Shown here: positions 8,376-19,400 of the stretch, piece by piece | How positions within the stretch are numbered: the stretch's first letter is position 1 | Layout: the number at the start of each line of letters is the position of its first letter | Source of the DNA: a virus | Direction: 5' to 3' (one strand) | DNA: 64,000 nucleotides | Virus record (IMG/VR): IMGVR_UViG_3300020411_000003 | Notes under the pieces: generated by a model | Seen by the model: only the letters and a program-made list of their open reading frames with translations | What the model was told of the DNA's origin: nothing | Databases searched by the model: none | Program-made: the position numbers and the translations under genes

Positions 8376-8701
8376 ACTATATCACCGTATGTATCAACGA
8401 CATACGCATTTATGAAATGATCTGAGTCAGGGCAGTCTGCTTGCTTGGGGAACCAAGCACCAGCATTCACTGTAGCAGTGTCCTCTGTCTCAAACCTGAT
8501 AGTAGTATACACCCCTTGTTTGATGATGTCAAGTACATACTCATCCATGAATCCTTCATACCATGAATTCACGGTTGCTTTCTTACTTGCATCAAGATTA
8601 TTATATGTGCTAAGATCCATGTATACCAAATAACATTGGTTACGATTAGCATAGTATTCCATCAACTGAAATACTGATAGTTCGTTACCCTGTATGATCA
8701 T
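8348..8701 (-). CDS. hypothetical protein associated with the tail-fibre module
   Basis: ORF coupled to the chaperone gene. Confidence 0.6.
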   Translation of the reverse strand: MIIQGNELSVFQLMEYYANRNQCYLVYMDLSTYNNLDASKKATVNSWYEGFMDEYVLDIIKQGVYTTIRFETEDTATVNAGAWFPKQADCPDSDHFINAYVVDTYGDIVWQNVPDPT

Positions 8702-9573
8702 GACATTCCTTCTAACTCATCACTAGCATCTTTGATAATTCTTTCTAAGAAATCTCTATTCTTCTCAGTATCACGACCACCATACTCAGCCTCTATTCTA
8801 TCTGTTTTAATCTTATCATACTCAACCAACATATCATTGAAGTATGTCTTATCAGTCTCTGACTTAAGTGTCAAGAAATATGCTATCTTATCTCTGAACT
8901 TCTTAAGTCTATGCTTACCCATTTCAATGAACTGACCAGTAGTTGCAAGATAATCTTCAGTTGGGTAGTCTACCTTGTATACTTTATTATAAAACTCTGG
9001 AGATATAGGGAACTTAGTATTCTCTGTGTCATTAGTAAACTCGGTAGAATCAGTTAGTTCTCTTAGTTTAGTTCTATACAATGTATACTGTGCTTTAGTA
9101 TCAGCATCAATTGGTGCATCAGGTAACTGTGTCCAATCTGTTTCATCCAACAAGAAATTTCTTGCTAGTCTTATACTAAATGGTGAGACTGCTTTCTGCT
9201 TAGAATACATTCTAGCTAATTCATCTTGGAAATCTTGGTTCTCAAGTGAATCAATTAAATAGAATCCTTCAATTAGTTTATCTTTAAATGCAGTTGCTTC
9301 GGCAGCACCAACTGCCTCCATCTCATAGTCAACCCACTTAAATGTATTAGTCTTAAAGTCTTTTACATACTTCCTACGCTTTGCAGTGTATGAATCATTG
9401 GTAAAATACTGAAACGTGATGAGTTTATCCTTGTCACTATCCCATAAAGGGTATAACAATGGAGTGAGTGTATCCTTCCAATATGTTTCAGGAATAGTCT
9501 TTGGTGTACCGTTGTACTCAATCTCCTGATTGATAACATCTAACTGTACTTGCAGTACTGGTGCATCTGCCAT
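8698..9573 (-). CDS. tail fibre assembly chaperone-domain protein
   Basis: RNFLLDETDWTQLPDAP...YTLYRTKLREL motif; follows the fibre genes. Confidence 0.75.
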   Translation of the reverse strand: MADAPVLQVQLDVINQEIEYNGTPKTIPETYWKDTLTPLLYPLWDSDKDKLITFQYFTNDSYTAKRRKYVKDFKTNTFKWVDYEMEAVGAAEATAFKDKLIEGFYLIDSLENQDFQDELARMYSKQKAVSPFSIRLARNFLLDETDWTQLPDAPIDADTKAQYTLYRTKLRELTDSTEFTNDTENTKFPISPEFYNKVYKVDYPTEDYLATTGQFIEMGKHRLKKFRDKIAYFLTLKSETDKTYFNDMLVEYDKIKTDRIEAEYGGRDTEKNRDFLERIIKDASDELEGMS

Positions 9574-9600
9574 TGTATTTTAGTATCTCCGTAGTTATAT

Positions 9601-12600
9601 TTAGAATGCTTTGATCAAGTACTTACATAATATGTAAGGATGCAAGAGTGGAACATCAATATCAGGATCAATAGTTGCTTGTGGTTCTATCTTAGTAGTT
9701 GATTTTAATGTCAATGTTGCTTCAGATGCACCAAGACCAGAACTATATGTAATACCTGGACCTGTCTCACCTTGAACAGTATAACTTAATGAGTCAACAC
9801 CTGGTTTACTGATCTTACCAGCAGTAGGAACAAATACAAGACCACTCACCTTTTCATTCCAATAAATGAATTCACATATACCATAGTGGTCACTGTCTGC
9901 ATCATTATCATTAGCAGCACTAGGTGTTGCACGTGGTTGTTCAATCTTTATCTTAGTACCAACTGCTTTAGCATCTGTTGGCATTGCTACTGAATAAGTA
10001 TACCATTTAGTATCACCACTTGCACCATCCCATGCTTGACTGAGTACAGGAACATCACCAATAATAGGATCAGTTCTAACTGAGTTTGGTGTAATAATAG
10101 TATCAATTAATGTCCAATCAGTTGAATCAGCAGCTTGATAGTATACACGTAGAACTTCTTCTGGTACGTTACCACCATTGACACCATTACCTCTACATGC
10201 CTTGATGGAGAAATAATTGCAATTGGTTGTGTCAACTGGATTCAATGTAATGAATCGTGTGCCAGTTGTACCACTGAGACCACCGAACTTGACATAGTTG
10301 GTATATTGTTGTGAACTATTAGAAGCAAGAAATAATTGATCAACAACACCAGCAGCATCATCAACTGTGGATGTAACCTTAGTACCACCACCAGCTCCGT
10401 TCATAACATAGATGTATGGTATCTCTGTGTATCCACCACCAGCAGAATCTAAATTGATTGCTGTTACTTTATTAGATGCTACAGTTACTGATGCTTGAGC
10501 AGCAGTGGTAGCACCACCACCAACAATATAAACGTCTGGTACTTGTGTGGTTGGTAGTTTAAAGTTGCCAGCACTACCAGTACCAGTACCACCACCAACA
10601 ATATTTACATCCCATACTGTGTTGTCTTGTGATCCTGATGCAATAATGTCACCTGTTGATGTACCTGTTGATCCACCAGTATATCCAACAATCTTACCTA
10701 ATCCAATCTTAACATATCCATCACTACCATTACTTGTAGAACCAGTAGTTTGTCCACCTGGACTAACACCTGCTCCACCACCACCAACTGTAACTGATAC
10801 TGAACCAGGATTATTTAAGTTAGACCATTGTATTGATCCACCCCAGATAGCACCTGATCCACCACCACCGCCTCCAGCAGTCCAGTAATCATTATTATAT
10901 GTGACGCTTAAACTAACACCACCTCCACCAGTATTTGAATGACTGAATGAATTGAGACTAAACCAGTCAGTACGATAAGAACTAACACCTGAAAGTCCTG
11001 CACCACCACCTTGGTGACCTCCATCTCCTCCAGGAGCACCGCCTGGACCTCCTGATGCACCACCATTTCCTTGTCCACCAAATGATACACCATTTCTAGC
11101 AACGCCAGCACCGCCAGCTCCACCTCCACCACCGATACATCCGTAGTGTCCACCGCCACCACCAGCACCTGGACCTAGAGCTTGAGTTGTTCCATCTGGT
11201 TGAGAATATCCTGATGGTGGTCCTCCACCATTAACGCCAGCACCACCGTCATAACCAGATGCACCAGCACCTCCACCGCCACCAGCACCTGCTAAGATTT
11301 GAGTACCACGCATGATCATGCCAGCAGCACCGCCACCGCCACCATCTGCTTCTAGGTGTCCTTCACCACCATATCCACCATTAGCACCCATGCTATTGGA
11401 TCCACCATTTCTACCACTAGCAGCACCACCAAATTTAACATTCCACCCACCAGTTGAAAAACTACTCAACTGTGACTGAATCATATCAACAACTAACGTG
11501 CCACCATTATATCCTGTGTATCCACCACGACCAGCATTTCCACCCTTTCCACCTCTTACTGTGAATTGTACTGCACTTGGATTAGTAATACCCTGAGTAT
11601 TAAATGTACCATCTTGATTAAGTGTCTCAGTATATGTACCACTTTGTCCACCGACGAGTAGATTTATACCAGCAGTTCCATTTCCTGGTTGGTTCTCACC
11701 CCATAATCCAGCAGTTCCACCACCGTTAGGATTATTTGGATAGTCTGCGACTGGCCAACCATCTGATGTCTGACCATTAACACCATTACCACCATCCTGA
11801 CCATCTGAATTACCAGTGGCTGAAACACTACCAGATTGTGTGGCACTACCACCATCACCACCGTCTCCTCCTTGCTGTCCGTTGGATGCACCTCCACCCT
11901 CTCCACCTTCAGCAACTAAGTTTAGATCACTACCAACAACTATACTACTATTGCCACCATTATTACCAGCAACATTACCAGCAGCACCTGATCCACCACC
12001 ACCAGTAACTGTGTATATTAATCTATCTGGTGTACCTGTAATATTTCCTAAGTTAATGCTGTATGATCCTGGTGAAGAATATGTCCACTCATCTGAATAA
12101 TCATATACAGGAGTACCACCAGTGTTAACTGTTCTACCACCAATATTAGATGAACCAGTAAACTGTTTCATTACTGGGTCAGGTATGTATGTCTGGAACA
12201 CATAAGAACCAGCACCTTGAGCACCTGATGCCATATAGAACTGTTCATTTGCAGCAGCAGTTGGATCTTTAAGTGAACCACAACCACCAGCACCACCAAA
12301 TGCATCAAATACATCATAGGTAGCAACAGTATTATCTGTAATAGGACTTCTTAATAGTCCATGCTTGTGTGTGAATACAATACCACCAGTAGGATACCAT
12401 CTAGCAAGTCTACCTCTACCTTCACGATAGTCTTGTAGATACCTATCACCACCTGCTTCTGCTTGATATTGGTTAAATCCTGGTACAGTATGATATACTG
12501 TGTGACTATGTTGTGGAGCACCAGAGAGTTTAGTCTCTCTCATTGTTATATCAATCTGTTGTTGACCAATAATAGTACACTCAACAGTCTCAACAACATT

Positions 12601-13398
12601 CTCATATCCAGTAGTAACTATTCTACCAAGTGAGAAGTATTCATCTTGTTGATCCTTATCAAGATACCATGCACCACCTGTAGTACCAACACCAAGTGTT
12701 GAGTTACCTACGTTAGGAGAGTTGTTACCAAATACAGGACCATTACCAACAATCTTTCTCGTTCTTAAATCAGGTACTTTAAATGTTCCTAAGTTTGGAT
12801 CACCCCACCATTCCATTACATTATTAGTATTGATACCTTCAATAGAACCATCATCACTAGTAATTCTTGCTTCAGCAACAGCACCAGATCCACCACCACC
12901 TGAGAATGTTATTGCGGGTGCAGTTACATATCCTTGACCAGGATTAATAACATCAACACGTACAACCTTTCCATTTTCAACTGTTGCACTTGCTGTGGCA
13001 TCTGTCCCACCAGCAGGAGCAGCAGCAATTGCTACGTTAGGATTAGATGTATAACCAGATCCACCATTTGTTATATCAATACCACTACTAGCTCTACCAC
13101 CATACTTGTTACCAATTAATTCAAATAATCCTGGAAAATCACCAATATTATACTCTGCTCCATCACAATACAAATAACCCTGATGAGTATATGCAGGATC
13201 ATCTTTTACTGCATAAGCATTACCAGTAGTCTCTGTTAAAGCAGGGAATGTGGTAGCACCAAACTTAACAAAATTATGATCATACGAATTTGTGCCAGTC
13301 TTTAAATTGGGTACAATAGCACCCACTGGTGTTGTATCTACGGTAAGATCTGTATAGAAACCTTGCCTAGTATTTCTGTATAATTGTGTTGATGTCAT
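9601..13398 (-). CDS. glycine-rich tail fibre protein with tail-collar domain
   Basis: GYLYCDGAEY...FKVPDLR collar motif; long GGxGG tracts; ends YLIKAF. Confidence 0.85.
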   Translation of the reverse strand: MTSTQLYRNTRQGFYTDLTVDTTPVGAIVPNLKTGTNSYDHNFVKFGATTFPALTETTGNAYAVKDDPAYTHQGYLYCDGAEYNIGDFPGLFELIGNKYGGRASSGIDITNGGSGYTSNPNVAIAAAPAGGTDATASATVENGKVVRVDVINPGQGYVTAPAITFSGGGGSGAVAEARITSDDGSIEGINTNNVMEWWGDPNLGTFKVPDLRTRKIVGNGPVFGNNSPNVGNSTLGVGTTGGAWYLDKDQQDEYFSLGRIVTTGYENVVETVECTIIGQQQIDITMRETKLSGAPQHSHTVYHTVPGFNQYQAEAGGDRYLQDYREGRGRLARWYPTGGIVFTHKHGLLRSPITDNTVATYDVFDAFGGAGGCGSLKDPTAAANEQFYMASGAQGAGSYVFQTYIPDPVMKQFTGSSNIGGRTVNTGGTPVYDYSDEWTYSSPGSYSINLGNITGTPDRLIYTVTGGGGSGAAGNVAGNNGGNSSIVVGSDLNLVAEGGEGGGASNGQQGGDGGDGGSATQSGSVSATGNSDGQDGGNGVNGQTSDGWPVADYPNNPNGGGTAGLWGENQPGNGTAGINLLVGGQSGTYTETLNQDGTFNTQGITNPSAVQFTVRGGKGGNAGRGGYTGYNGGTLVVDMIQSQLSSFSTGGWNVKFGGAASGRNGGSNSMGANGGYGGEGHLEADGGGGGAAGMIMRGTQILAGAGGGGGAGASGYDGGAGVNGGGPPSGYSQPDGTTQALGPGAGGGGGHYGCIGGGGGAGGAGVARNGVSFGGQGNGGASGGPGGAPGGDGGHQGGGAGLSGVSSYRTDWFSLNSFSHSNTGGGGVSLSVTYNNDYWTAGGGGGGSGAIWGGSIQWSNLNNPGSVSVTVGGGGAGVSPGGQTTGSTSNGSDGYVKIGLGKIVGYTGGSTGTSTGDIIASGSQDNTVWDVNIVGGGTGTGSAGNFKLPTTQVPDVYIVGGGATTAAQASVTVASNKVTAINLDSAGGGYTEIPYIYVMNGAGGGTKVTSTVDDAAGVVDQLFLASNSSQQYTNYVKFGGLSGTTGTRFITLNPVDTTNCNYFSIKACRGNGVNGGNVPEEVLRVYYQAADSTDWTLIDTIITPNSVRTDPIIGDVPVLSQAWDGASGDTKWYTYSVAMPTDAKAVGTKIKIEQPRATPSAANDNDADSDHYGICEFIYWNEKVSGLVFVPTAGKISKPGVDSLSYTVQGETGPGITYSSGLGASEATLTLKSTTKIEPQATIDPDIDVPLLHPYILCKYLIKAF

Positions 13399-14762
13399 TA
13401 GATCTTAATTAGGTATTCCATTACAACAAAAGGAGCACATGCACTATCTATTGAAACTGATGAGTCTGCACCAACTGTCATAGTAGTTTGTAAATTCTCA
13501 GGTGGAATGACAATAGCATTTGTCTTAACCTGATAGTTATGATCTCCTTTCTCTAAATCAATACGATGATTATGTATAGTAGGATCGAGACCTCCCTCAC
13601 GTGGTAATTCTGCTGTATCTGTTATAGTATTCTCTAGGTCTGTTGTAGCACGACCAGTAACTACTGAATCATTTGCTTGTAGTGGTAACACATCATATAA
13701 ACTGTTACCAAGAAAATCTTCAGGTACACCTTGAGCACCCTGAATATATGTTGGTTGAACTGTTATAGTATCATTAGAAATAGCACCTCCACCTGGAATA
13801 CAAACAAATAATAATTGTACGACGTTTCTATAACGTGCTATATTAGATCCATCAGCAGAACCAGCAAGTGTTCCTCTATTAATAGGACCCATTGTTGAGT
13901 TTAATATACAATTATATGTGTATTGATCACCAGCACCATATATGCAGTGACCCCAATAGATAGTACCCTGTGGACCTTGTGTTGATGTTGCACCACCACC
14001 TGAACCTGGAGACCATTTATCTATAGCAAAACAAGGTTGTTGTCCTGATCCTGGTACCCCACTACTATTTGTAGTTCCATCCAACCAATCCTGAATAGGA
14101 ATAGTAGAAGCATTTCTTCTACCAAGTTGACCCTGAACCTGTGGAGCATTAGTACCAGTCTCTGTTACTGCTAAGTTTCTCGCTCTTACAGCAGAGTGGA
14201 AGTGTGCGTGTGGATGAATAGTATTCTCTTCAGCACCTTCACTATCTGTACGGTGTGTTGCACCAGCATATGTCCAAGAGGGTTTACCTCTAATATCAAT
14301 CTCTTGACTTGGTACTGAAATAGATCCACTATAATCTATTCTAACATTATCACCAATAGCAGAGACTGCTTCAATACCAATACCAGATCTACTAACCTCT
14401 GTACCTAATGAATTATCTAATCTTATATTATTATATAATCCTGAGTTAGCACCTGAAGTTGGTTCAGGATACTTAGAACCAAGATCGGGAACCATAAACT
14501 GTGAATCAGTTAATGTATCAAAATTTGATAGATCATTATTCTTTCTGATAAACTTACAGTTCTCACCCACACCACATATAGCTGCTAGTTGTGGATAATC
14601 ATCTGCATAATATTTTGTACCATCACATTTTAAATAACCAGCAGGTAAATTCTTTATATTAAGAGTACCATCAGGTAATCCCTCATACTCTACTGGCCAA
14701 ATAATAATTTGACCTGTCAGATTACCATACTTAGCTCTTTCTTTAGCGTAAAATGTTGCCAT
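13398..14762 (-). CDS. tail collar-domain fibre/baseplate protein
   Basis: PAGYLKCDG...FMVPDLG; HPHAHFH; ends YLIKI. Confidence 0.8.
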   Translation of the reverse strand: MATFYAKERAKYGNLTGQIIIWPVEYEGLPDGTLNIKNLPAGYLKCDGTKYYADDYPQLAAICGVGENCKFIRKNNDLSNFDTLTDSQFMVPDLGSKYPEPTSGANSGLYNNIRLDNSLGTEVSRSGIGIEAVSAIGDNVRIDYSGSISVPSQEIDIRGKPSWTYAGATHRTDSEGAEENTIHPHAHFHSAVRARNLAVTETGTNAPQVQGQLGRRNASTIPIQDWLDGTTNSSGVPGSGQQPCFAIDKWSPGSGGGATSTQGPQGTIYWGHCIYGAGDQYTYNCILNSTMGPINRGTLAGSADGSNIARYRNVVQLLFVCIPGGGAISNDTITVQPTYIQGAQGVPEDFLGNSLYDVLPLQANDSVVTGRATTDLENTITDTAELPREGGLDPTIHNHRIDLEKGDHNYQVKTNAIVIPPENLQTTMTVGADSSVSIDSACAPFVVMEYLIKI

Positions 14763-16423
14763 TAGAATGCCTTGATGATGAATGTCATAGTTAACGAAGG
14801 TTGTGTAGTATCACATGAAATATTTAGAGCATTTTCTAAACTTTGTGCCTGTAATGCAGAACCATCTGCATTATCAGCAGTATGTGATGGAGGACCAGAC
14901 ATTGATCCTATACCCTGTTGAATTTCAAAACTACCATGATTATGTGCTCTGAATGCAGACTGAACTGGATCCTTATTCTCTGCACCTAAGTTCATTGAAG
15001 TTGGCCATGCACCATGTCTAAATTTAAGATCATATGTACCAGAAACTAATGTTGATGCACTAAGAGTAACTTCCCACTGTGGTGTAGGATTAACATCAAC
15101 TTCTTGAGCAGCTTCCATTGTCTGTACATAAGTACCTTCTCTTAAAATATCATACTTATCATCCACATTAACAGGTGTCACATACATCAATGGAGTTATC
15201 TTATCCCACTGATACCATGTGTCTGGTGCAGTACCATACTGTCGTCTAAGATCAGTACCAGCAGGTAATATAATTTTATTAGTAGCATCAAGTATACATC
15301 CTGAAACAGTAAACACTGGTGCAGTTTCAGGGTCGTCTACCAAACCATCAGATCTTAATGGTGATCCTGTATCATATCCAAAGTAGTTTGGTCTAGACCT
15401 ATATTCCATAGGTCTTGGGAACATACCAGTATGATTTGGTGTCTTGTGTGTATCTACAGGAACAGTATCTAACAACTGATCTGTGTTTCCTCTACTGAAA
15501 ATTGTTTGTGTGTATGTTGTAGTACCATGTCCAGATCCTCTGTCACTGGTATTGGTACGCCAGTTTGCTTCACCAGCAGGAGTAGTACCCCAGTAGTCTT
15601 TATTAGTACTGTCTGTTATGAACTCCATGAAACTATCCATACGTGGTAGAGTATGCTCATGAGTTTCATCACCATAGAATGTTATGTTAGTTGCACCATT
15701 CTGCCATGATGTTGGTTCAGCAGCTTTAAGAGCACAAGTATTAGGACCATCAGTAGCACAATATACACTAGCAGAACCAGTCATCTCTATACCTTGGTCT
15801 GTCCTAAATGTCATTGCACCAGTAGGGTTGGCATTGGTAGATAATATATTATCTGAGTGACCATGAGCAGGAGTATGATTAATACCTAACTTACGATTCA
15901 GTGTGTATATTGTCTCAATAAAATCAGGAGCAAATAAAGTTATGTTAGTGAACTTAAAGTATAAGTTACCAGCTATATTAAGTGTAAAATCAATATCAGA
16001 TGTTGCTTCATAGGTTGTAGTAACTGAGACAGTTTCACCATAGTCTTGAACTAGATGACCTACTACAGACTGAGCATCATCTTGACCATGTTGATACGTT
16101 GGATCATTAAGATCTGTATTCTCTAGGTCAGTCATTACTCTATTAGATAACTGAGGTAATCTAAACTCAGCATTATCATAACCAATATAAGGGAATGGAT
16201 AATGATCTCCATTAGTATCAACCATACTACCACCATAGGTGTCACCTAAATTTGATGCAAGTAATGGATAGTCAGAAGCTTTTAAAGTCTGACCTGTACA
16301 TACTATCCATCCTCTAGGTATGTTGGAAGCAAGGAAACCTGTACCACCATCACCGCCCCAAGGTAGGATTGTTCCTACCTTTGCAGTTCTCATACTTTTA
16401 ATAGAATCGTAGAATGCAGTCAT
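14762..16423 (-). CDS. tail collar-domain fibre/baseplate protein
   Basis: VGTILPW...IPRGWIVCTGQ...FRLPQL; ends FIIKAF. Confidence 0.8.
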   Translation of the reverse strand: MTAFYDSIKSMRTAKVGTILPWGGDGGTGFLASNIPRGWIVCTGQTLKASDYPLLASNLGDTYGGSMVDTNGDHYPFPYIGYDNAEFRLPQLSNRVMTDLENTDLNDPTYQHGQDDAQSVVGHLVQDYGETVSVTTTYEATSDIDFTLNIAGNLYFKFTNITLFAPDFIETIYTLNRKLGINHTPAHGHSDNILSTNANPTGAMTFRTDQGIEMTGSASVYCATDGPNTCALKAAEPTSWQNGATNITFYGDETHEHTLPRMDSFMEFITDSTNKDYWGTTPAGEANWRTNTSDRGSGHGTTTYTQTIFSRGNTDQLLDTVPVDTHKTPNHTGMFPRPMEYRSRPNYFGYDTGSPLRSDGLVDDPETAPVFTVSGCILDATNKIILPAGTDLRRQYGTAPDTWYQWDKITPLMYVTPVNVDDKYDILREGTYVQTMEAAQEVDVNPTPQWEVTLSASTLVSGTYDLKFRHGAWPTSMNLGAENKDPVQSAFRAHNHGSFEIQQGIGSMSGPPSHTADNADGSALQAQSLENALNISCDTTQPSLTMTFIIKAF

Positions 16424-16427
16424 ATCT

Positions 16428-19400
16428 TTAGAGTTCGATTAACCACCATCCTCTCAATCCAGGAGGAATGGTTTGAGCAGAAGCAGAACCTTCAACGTCA
16501 ACAGTACCAGCATAAACTAGACCGAATGATGCGTTGCGTGTCTGAATAATTAACTCACCTGAATCCCATGCTGTATTCAATGTCTGACCAGCACCAGCAG
16601 CAATTCTTGAACCAGAACCATCACCTTGAATATTCGTGGCAATGTTATTGATCTTCTTCGCTCTGATAATCAGACTTGTGTTGTATGTGAGGTTACCACT
16701 CAATTCAACAAATCTAATCATGTCACCTGTTTGTGCATTGTCTGGTAGGTAAACAACCATGTTACTTCCAGAAGATGCATTAACAAGATAGTTTTGGTTA
16801 ACTTGTAGTGGGTTATCAATCTGTTGTCCAAGACCTGTTGTAGGATCGAAGGCAACATAAGTATGTCTTCTACCACCACCTGCTGTCCAGTATTTCTCGA
16901 TACCGAATGAATCGATAGCGTTGTTCTGATAGATCTTGAAGTCCTTAGGACCTTCAGTTCCACCAGTACCAGCAGCACCTAAGTTATCTATATGGAATAT
17001 TGGATCAATTGCTGATTCAACTGACAATACCTTACCTTTCTGATAGAAGGTTTCACCCATCAAGATGTTACCTTCTCTGTTGGTAACTCTGAATGAAGTC
17101 TCGGTTGAGCAGACCCCATGCATCTGACAGTTATCATAGTAGATCTTAAGATCACCGTAGAATGCAGCAGCACCCTTAAGTGTAAGACCAGCAGTCTCTG
17201 TCTTAGGATCTTCAAGTGATCCATCACCTGAGTGACCATCATCGTTAGCGATAGACATGACCAGAGTCTTGCCATCAGAACCATACATTCTGAGGACACC
17301 ACTCATAATCTCAAGATCCTGATTAATCGTTGTGGATCCACCACCAAATAGTTGAACTGGTGTAGTACCAACAACGTTAGGTTCTCTGATCTGCTTAGGC
17401 ATCTTGATTGCATAGAATGCATCAAGTGTTCCATCAACAGAGTCAGGTAAGAAGAATTCAGATCCGATTCTTACAAGAGTTACATAATCAAGTTTAGGAG
17501 CAATTAGATCAGCATCCTTAAGTGAGATCTCTAATCTAATATCACTTTGGTTAGGTGTTCTAGCTTTAAGTTCAGTTGCTCTATCAGCCTGCAATGCAGG
17601 AACATCATGTAGAAGTGTTGTAGTTCTATCATACTTGTCTAACTTAACAACGTTAGCACCGATAGAGAATGCTCTGGCACTAGTGCCTTCCATTCCACGA
17701 CCACCGTTAGTATACTGAGCATTAGATGATGTTGGAAGTAATAGTTCTCCACCACCACCTGTGTAAGGATCATCAGTAATCTGAATAATCTCAATAGCAT
17801 CAGTAGTATAGATTGCAACCAAATCACCCTTAGTGAAGGATGTCAAGTTACCTTGAATCTCAATGTTAGATGTTGCAGTTACAACGTTATCAGCAGTAGT
17901 TGTTGCAGGACCACCAGAGATAACAGACATTGGATTATGTCTGTAAACGTGGACTTCATCAACACCCTTAGTGTATGCAGCAGGAGCAGTACCATACTGT
18001 TCTGCAAGCATGAACACTGTGCCATGATGGTTACCGATAGTTGTGTCACCTGTACAAGTGTCAACTTCGAAGGTTGTTATCTCCGAACCATTTGTTATAG
18101 TTAACTTCTTATTGGTAGGATCATTAGTATATGGTGAAGCACATGTACCATTAAGACTTAGTTGACCATTGATAACAGTGGTTCCACCTGTACCTAACTG
18201 AGTGTTACCAGTTGTTGAATCAACTTCAAAGACTGTTACCTCATTAGCAGTATCACAACCATTCTTAATGGATAGTTTCTTAGCAACCTGAGATAAGAGA
18301 ACCTTGACCTTGAACATCTCACCTTGATCAAAGATACCATTATTTGTAGTATCTTCACGATCAATGATTACATAATCTCCAAGTTCAATAGAACCACCAA
18401 ACTGTGCTAAGTATACATTTTCTTCAGCACCTGTGGCATCTATAGTTGTAGTTGTCCAAGTAGCATTATACTGAACAACACACTTGTAGATTGCTGTAGT
18501 ATCTGGATGATCAGATCTCTTAGCAGTGTATGTACCAAACGGTAGTCTCTCAACTACAATCCAGTAAGGTGCAACGTTAATTCTTGGAAGAGAAATAACT
18601 TTAACAAATTCTGGATGTCTGTTACCTGAGTCATCAGTATCAATGAGAAGTATATCTTGCTCACTAATATATTGATCACCATTGTTATCGAACGGACGAT
18701 TCTTAAGTGGTAAGTAGTACTGTTCACCAGTTAGAGCTGGTAGAGTTAGAGGTTCAACAGTTCCAGAAATCTGTGTGATTTCATTCTGGAATATTGTTCC
18801 ACCCCAATCACCAGTACCTGCTGTATCAACTGCGTTGTATACATCAGACGTACTTGCAACTCTTAGTACATCAATCAAGTCAACATTACTGTTGAATACA
18901 TTGTTACCAAGATCTCCACTAGCATGAGAGAATGCAGTAGATCCAATCTGTGCTCTGTATGCTGTGAATGAGTAAGAAGCAAATCCACCACAGAGTGTGA
19001 TATCAGAGTTAAATCTAGCAGATGAATCAACAACTAGGTTGTTTCTAATTGTTGTAGTACCACCTTTACCAGCGATTGTTATTTCAGCAGCGTTGGTAGC
19101 AAAATCAAGTTTAGATGTAGCAGAGTTACCAGAGAAGAACTCAACAGTTCCAGCAGTAGAGGTTAACTTAACAGTATCAAGTAGTCCTCTATCTGTTCCT
19201 AACTGGAAGTCTCCCTTAGTCTTGAATGACTTAGTACCTATAAGTGTGAATGATAATGATTCGTTATTATTATAAGCACCACCTATCTCTATCTTAGAAA
19301 TGTTAGTGGAAGTATCAGGAGTAGCACCAATCCATATATTACTATGGAGTGAAGCATTACCTACACGAATGAATTGATCAGCAGTGCTATCGTTAGCAAC

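Noticed and set aside
10547-12100. Pro-rich plus-strand ORFs
   Set aside because: Antisense reading of the GGT/GGA glycine tracts of the tail fibre
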